DNA from: Nostoc sp.
Lineage (GTDB): Bacteria; Cyanobacteriota; Cyanobacteriia; Cyanobacteriales; Nostocaceae
NCBI RefSeq assembly: GCF_036917975.1
Contig: NZ_JBALEJ010000001.1
Location: 2,560-66,559, forward strand
DNA length: 64,000 nucleotides
Reading direction: 5' to 3'
Shown here: positions 60,245 through 64,000 of the stretch, piece after piece
How the letters are laid out: each line of letters starts with the position of its first letter
Position numbering within the stretch: position 1 is the stretch's first letter
Position numbers and translations under genes: made by a program
Notes under the pieces: model-generated
What the model was told of the DNA's origin: nothing
The model's database searches: none
What the model saw: the letters and a program-made list of their open reading frames with translations, nothing else

Positions 60245-60895
60245 ATGGTTCCATTCGATGAACAGCTACGCCGCTTAGTTACAGAAGCCTGTGGACACAA
60301 ACCTGGAAGCCCTCAGCGTCAGAAGTTGCTCACGCAAATTATTCGCTTGACAGCAAGTAGACTCTGGAGAGAAACTACTCCTTACTATCAAGATGCACTA
60401 CAACAAACTTGGTTGTATTTCTGTCGCAATGTTTGTGAAGGTTTGACAGGTCAAATCTACGATCCCAATTATGGCAGTGTCGTCACTTGGCTGAATGCCT
60501 ACCTAAGAAGGAGACTACAAGACTTTTACCTTAACCAGAATCGGGAACAAGCCACAACAGTTCCTCAGAGAATTCGTCAGTCTACATCAGGTGGAATAAG
60601 TGAAGCCATTGATCCTATAGATAACCTCCCGGCTAGTCCCCAAGCACCTCCAATTCTGGAAGATTTGGAGATGTGGGCGCAGACAGATTCTAATGGAGAA
60701 CTGCGCGGTATATACATTAAAGGGCGTCCAGATGTGAATTGTCAGGTGTTAATTCTCAGACGCTTACCCCCGGAAGTTAGCTGGAGAGAATTATCTGAAG
60801 AATTTGGGCTGTCAATTCCCACATTAAGCAGTTTTTATCAACGCCAATGTCTACCGCGTTTGCGTAAATTCGCAGAATTGGAAGGATTATTATGA
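60245..60895 (+). CDS. Sigma-70-family-like (ECF-like) transcription factor, divergent
   Basis: Region-2-like YQDALQQTWLYFCRNV and region-4-like HTH LILRRLPPEVSWRELSEEFGLSIPTLSSFYQR. The assignment is tentative. Confidence 0.5.
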   Translation: MVPFDEQLRRLVTEACGHKPGSPQRQKLLTQIIRLTASRLWRETTPYYQDALQQTWLYFCRNVCEGLTGQIYDPNYGSVVTWLNAYLRRRLQDFYLNQNREQATTVPQRIRQSTSGGISEAIDPIDNLPASPQAPPILEDLEMWAQTDSNGELRGIYIKGRPDVNCQVLILRRLPPEVSWRELSEEFGLSIPTLSSFYQRQCLPRLRKFAELEGLL

Positions 60896-61067
60896 TGGGT
60901 GATGAGTGTTGTTAGTAGTAGCGGGGTGTTGTGCATTAGTGTCAACTTAACGTGAAACCGCTTGTCCGCCGGGAATTTAAATTCCCGTATAATAGCGAAA
61001 GTCATCTGAAGATGACTAAATATCGCCAAAAATCTCCAGTCTACTGAAGTAGACTTTAGCTAAAAGT

Positions 61068-61790
61068 CTAAGGTGCTAACCTTGCCTTACCTAGACGCTG
61101 CTTTTCATACCATTGTGCGATCGCAGGTGTCCAATCTTCAAAATGAGGCCACATCATTTCACATAACTTTTGAATTTCAAGTTGAGCATCTTTTTTATTT
61201 CTCAGGTCACAAAAATGCAAGAAAGACCTTAAATTGAAACTCACTACAAAATGCTGACGATAATCAAAAGGCACTTTACCTCTTGCATGTTCTTCAGACA
61301 TCCCAGCCTCAAAATCAGCTTTATATCGTTTAGCCGCTTCTAGACACCATTGCAAATCTGCTCCTCGTTGCTCTGGTGAATAGTGGTACTTTTTGCCTTG
61401 TCTATCAGTGTAATAACCAACGGGACGTAGATAAAAAACATCTTCTATGTCTTTTTTTCCTTCTACTACATCAATAAATTGGTTGCCCGTATATCTAAAA
61501 GATTGTACATCAAATGATACAGAAACCCGATGAGTACGCGCCTGCTGCATGACACTGTGGGGAAAGTAGCCACAGTTAAAAACAATCTGGGGATGCTCTA
61601 AAGGCCCATAATGTCCCCTCTCACCCGCTAAAAGTCGCTTAACAATCACTTCGCCGCTTTGTGACTCCGAAGGCCAGGACTCGCGCTCGTCAAACACAAA
61701 CCCATCAGTATAGTCTTGGTGCATCGCGGCATAAATCACTTGCTGCGGGTTTGGTGTTTTGGCAATAACTTCTACTCGAAATCGATGCAT
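61068..61790 (-). CDS. thyX: FAD-dependent thymidylate synthase
   Basis: GHYGPLEHPQIVF and ThyX-signature-like ARTHRVSVSFDVQSFRY. Confidence 0.85.
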   Translation of the reverse strand: MHRFRVEVIAKTPNPQQVIYAAMHQDYTDGFVFDERESWPSESQSGEVIVKRLLAGERGHYGPLEHPQIVFNCGYFPHSVMQQARTHRVSVSFDVQSFRYTGNQFIDVVEGKKDIEDVFYLRPVGYYTDRQGKKYHYSPEQRGADLQWCLEAAKRYKADFEAGMSEEHARGKVPFDYRQHFVVSFNLRSFLHFCDLRNKKDAQLEIQKLCEMMWPHFEDWTPAIAQWYEKQRLGKARLAP

Positions 61791-61834
61791 TAGCTGTTAG
61801 GTAATGAATTTGTGACTGAAAGTGCTGACAATTG

Positions 61835-62021
61835 AAGAAGGCAGAAGGCAGAGGGCAGAAGGCAGAAGGTTCTATTCAGAAGGGGATTCAGACCCCTCCT
61901 GAATAGGAGCCACCAAATTTTTAATTTGGTGGGGGTCTTAAACCCTTGTTCCCTACGGTCACGGGCAGAGGGCAGGAATCAGAATTCCCTTCTGCCTTCT
62001 GCCTCCTGCCCTCTGCCTTTC
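61835..62021. repeat. Composite element capped by inverted GAAGGCA/TGCCTTC heptamer arrays (as at 14538-14720)
   Basis: gaagaaggcagaaggcagagggcagaaggcagaagg ... cccttctgccttctgcctcctgccctctgcctttc, with two internal hairpins. Confidence 0.85.
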
Positions 62022-62159
62022 TTGATAACGAGTAGAGCCTGTTGCTTAGACATGGCTGTGAACTCAATTCATTATCATATCTCTTCTCTGGCATATCTCT
62101 TCTCTGGCTTGGACTTCTACTCGATCCGATTAAGATCCTTTACAAATATTAATGAATTT

Positions 62160-62177
62160 GTTACAGTTATTTACATA
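62160..62177 (+). promoter_or_regulatory. HLR1-type direct repeat (candidate RpaB binding site)
   Basis: GTTACAGT-TA-TTTACATA fits the (G/T)TTACA(T/A)(T/A)-N2-(G/T)TTACA(T/A)(T/A) pattern with one deviation; 23 nt upstream of the hli start codon. Confidence 0.6.
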
Positions 62178-62199
62178 AAAAGAAGACAGGGAAGAAACC

Positions 62200-62415
62200 A
62201 TGCGTACAAACACTGCTATAATTGATGACCAAGGCAAATTGAACAACTTTGCGATCGAGCCAAGAGTTTATATAGATGAGCAAGGCGATCGCACTGGGTT
62301 CACTACCTATGCAGAATTGCTCAATGGTCGTTTAGCAATGATTGGTTTTGTCTCTCTGATAGCATTAGAAGTATTCACAGGACACGGTATCATTGGTGTT
62401 TTGACAAATCTGTAA
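62200..62415 (+). CDS. hli: High-light-inducible protein (HLIP, CAB/ELIP/HLIP family)
   Basis: [20 protein letters not shown] chlorophyll-binding helix motif; 71 aa. Confidence 0.85.
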   Translation: MRTNTAIIDDQGKLNNFAIEPRVYIDEQGDRTGFTTYAELLNGRLAMIGFVSLIALEVFTGHGIIGVLTNL

Positions 62416-62444
62416 AAACTAATTTATTTAAACTCCTAGCAAAA

Positions 62445-62474
62445 TTAAGAGACGGTAGATATACCGTCTCTTAA
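62445..62474 (+). terminator. Perfect 13-bp stem hairpin after hli
   Basis: ttaagagacggta gata taccgtctcttaa; no clear U-tract follows. Confidence 0.5.
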
Positions 62475-62510
62475 TCTATGGAAAACTTAGTGCTAGAGTA
62501 AAACTATATT

Positions 62511-62612
62511 AAAGCAGTGCTAGCGGGTAAACCTGTTACGAGTGAGCAAAAGCCGAGTGTTGGTTGCAATATTAAATGGAAACCTGGAAACCAACCCAGT
62601 TATTTTGGTTAA
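62511..62612 (+). pseudogene. C-terminal 33-codon remnant of a thioredoxin-fold (AhpC/TSA-like) protein gene
   Basis: KAVLAGKPVTSEQKPSVGCNIKWKPGNQPSYFG followed by a stop. An in-frame stop lies just upstream and no N-terminal part is present. Confidence 0.5.
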
Positions 62613-62774
62613 AAGGGCATTGGGCATGGGGCAGATATCAATAGTTATTCCTCCTGAAATCGATGAGTTTCTGCATAGTGACAAAAAAGGGGGCGAGTCT
62701 GCTTCCTAAAATTGTAATGCGTAGGCATAGATGCTTCTTCAGCTTGTAACCAGATATCACGCGAGTTACCTTTA

Positions 62775-62872
62775 CAATAGACATCTCCAGAAATTAAATA
62801 TGCGTCTACCCAGAATCCTTGTAGAGACGTAGCAGTGTTACGTCTCTACGTTCTTTTTCGGAGATGTCTAAT
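62775..62872. mobile_element. MITE (AGACATCTCC TIR), copy 2 of 23295-23392
   Basis: acaatagacatctccagaaattaaatatgcgt...gtagagacgtagcagtgttacgtctctac...tttttcggagatgtct. Confidence 0.8.
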
Positions 62873-63073
62873 AGGCATACCTGGCGATCGCTTGCAATTC
62901 CACAGTATTTATTGCTAGATACAACTCAGTACTAGCGCGGGGTTTTTCCTCAAAAATTGAGTATAGTTAGCCGCACAACAGAAGTATCCTAGTCAGGTCG
63001 CAATTAAGGCATAAAGTCTTGGGAACAGATTTGTGATATAAACCCTGAAGATTTGATATTTATTGATTAAATC

Positions 63074-63586
63074 TTAGGGTAACTGAGTTAATTTTGGTTG
63101 GTCTAAGTATGTATATACCAACTGAGAAACTTGACGAATAAAATCCCTACCCCTGATGTCATTGTAAGGTCTTCTCACAAAAATTCCCGTCGCAGGCATT
63201 TTTTCAATTGATGATAGTTTTACGACCCAATGAAAGTTAGAATCTCTTCTGACTATTACACTTTGGGGAGAGACAGTGTAACCGGGTGCTAATTCAATTA
63301 CGAGTCGGGTTGTCTGGGGGTCAAGTTGTGATACCCGAATTTCTCGAATCTTTGAGCCAAAGTTTTGTTTGGTTGTAGGGTAGCTCAAAGTAGTTCCCGA
63401 TAAGTCAATAACCAGTCTTTTAGGGTTATCAATTAAAAAAACTCTCGGTTGAATACCTGAGTCAGTGGTTAGGTCAAGCTGATTCTGATTGGGGTCAAAG
63501 TGCCAAGATTCTAATCGAGTTGCTCTTGCAGGAGAGGATAGGAGCAAAATACTTATTAAGCTCAACAAGAACCAGCGTAATTTCAT
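63074..63586 (-). CDS. Secreted stand-alone AMIN-domain protein
   Basis: Signal peptide MKLRWFLLSLISILLLSSPARA, then LESWHFDPNQNQLDLTTDS...RLVIDLSGT...IREIRVSQLDPQTTRLVIEL, the AMIN pattern. Confidence 0.8.
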   Translation of the reverse strand: MKLRWFLLSLISILLLSSPARATRLESWHFDPNQNQLDLTTDSGIQPRVFLIDNPKRLVIDLSGTTLSYPTTKQNFGSKIREIRVSQLDPQTTRLVIELAPGYTVSPQSVIVRRDSNFHWVVKLSSIEKMPATGIFVRRPYNDIRGRDFIRQVSQLVYTYLDQPKLTQLP

Positions 63587-63885
63587 ACAGTATTGTGAGG
63601 ATAATATTGAATTTACTTAGAGAGATTTTCCGGGAAGTAAATCAAGTCATAACTGATTGAAAATCATAAGCAAGAAAATATAAAATGTCAAGGATTTTAG
63701 ATAGTAAATGAAAGCTGATACAGTGAATATAGATTCGGCTTGATGAAAGTCGGTATAATTAAATTCACACCCGTTTTTTTAAACGGGTGGACAAAGCTTT
63801 CACAAATTTGATTTTTTATTTTGGATGAGTCTCATTGTGTTTTTGGGGTGCATCCTAGTTTTTATTTTACACTGAGAGAATAACT

Positions 63886-63982
63886 GTCATTGGGAGGAGG
63901 AACGACGAAGCAATCGCATGGACTAGTTCTTAGTTGGAGATTTTGCGATTCCTTCGCTTCACTTTGTTTCGCTCGCAATGAC
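63886..63982. mobile_element. MITE-like element (GTCATTG...CGCAATGAC family)
   Basis: gtcattgggaggagg ... tttcgctcgcaatgac; related to 35223-35338. Confidence 0.7.
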
Positions 63983-64000
63983 ATGCAAAAAAGTGGGATG

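Overview
The window is chromosomal DNA from a filamentous heterocyst-forming cyanobacterium (Nostocales type). The evidence is many HIP1 octamers (GCGATCGC, e.g. 1256-1263 and 1870-1877), many heptamer STRR arrays (TTTTGGA, CCCCAGT, CCCTACT, GAAGGCA and others), and the fbp-tal-zwf-opcA operon. Most of it is housekeeping: lipA, gpsA, the oxidative pentose phosphate operon, ilvN, a TPP riboswitch with thiC, tatC, dxr, cydAB, thyX, an HLIP gene, tRNA-Pro and tRNA-Val. Accessory content falls into five groups. (1) A decayed island at about 22.8-28.2 kb holds nested toxin-antitoxin remnants, a PepSY fragment, an RNR pseudogene, an Rpn fragment and one intact NYN-domain gene bracketed by 110-bp direct repeats. 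(2) An apparently orphan cobalamin riboswitch carries an STRR hairpin in its variable arm. (3) An AT-rich ergothioneine pair combines egtD with an OvoA-type sulfoxide synthase. (4) A bacteriophytochrome-type hybrid kinase, a DUF4058 gene and a REC-GGDEF gene lie in a row. (5) A five-gene, all-membrane locus at 52.0-59.9 kb contains two PIG-V-like GT-C paralogs around a fused 20-TM DMT transporter, an ArnT/PMT-like GT39 and a DUF2079 protein. I rate this locus the best candidate for an undescribed envelope-glycosylation system. Intergenic DNA is saturated with MITE-like repeats, yet no intact transposase is present. All family names come from motif recognition by eye; no searches or computations were run.
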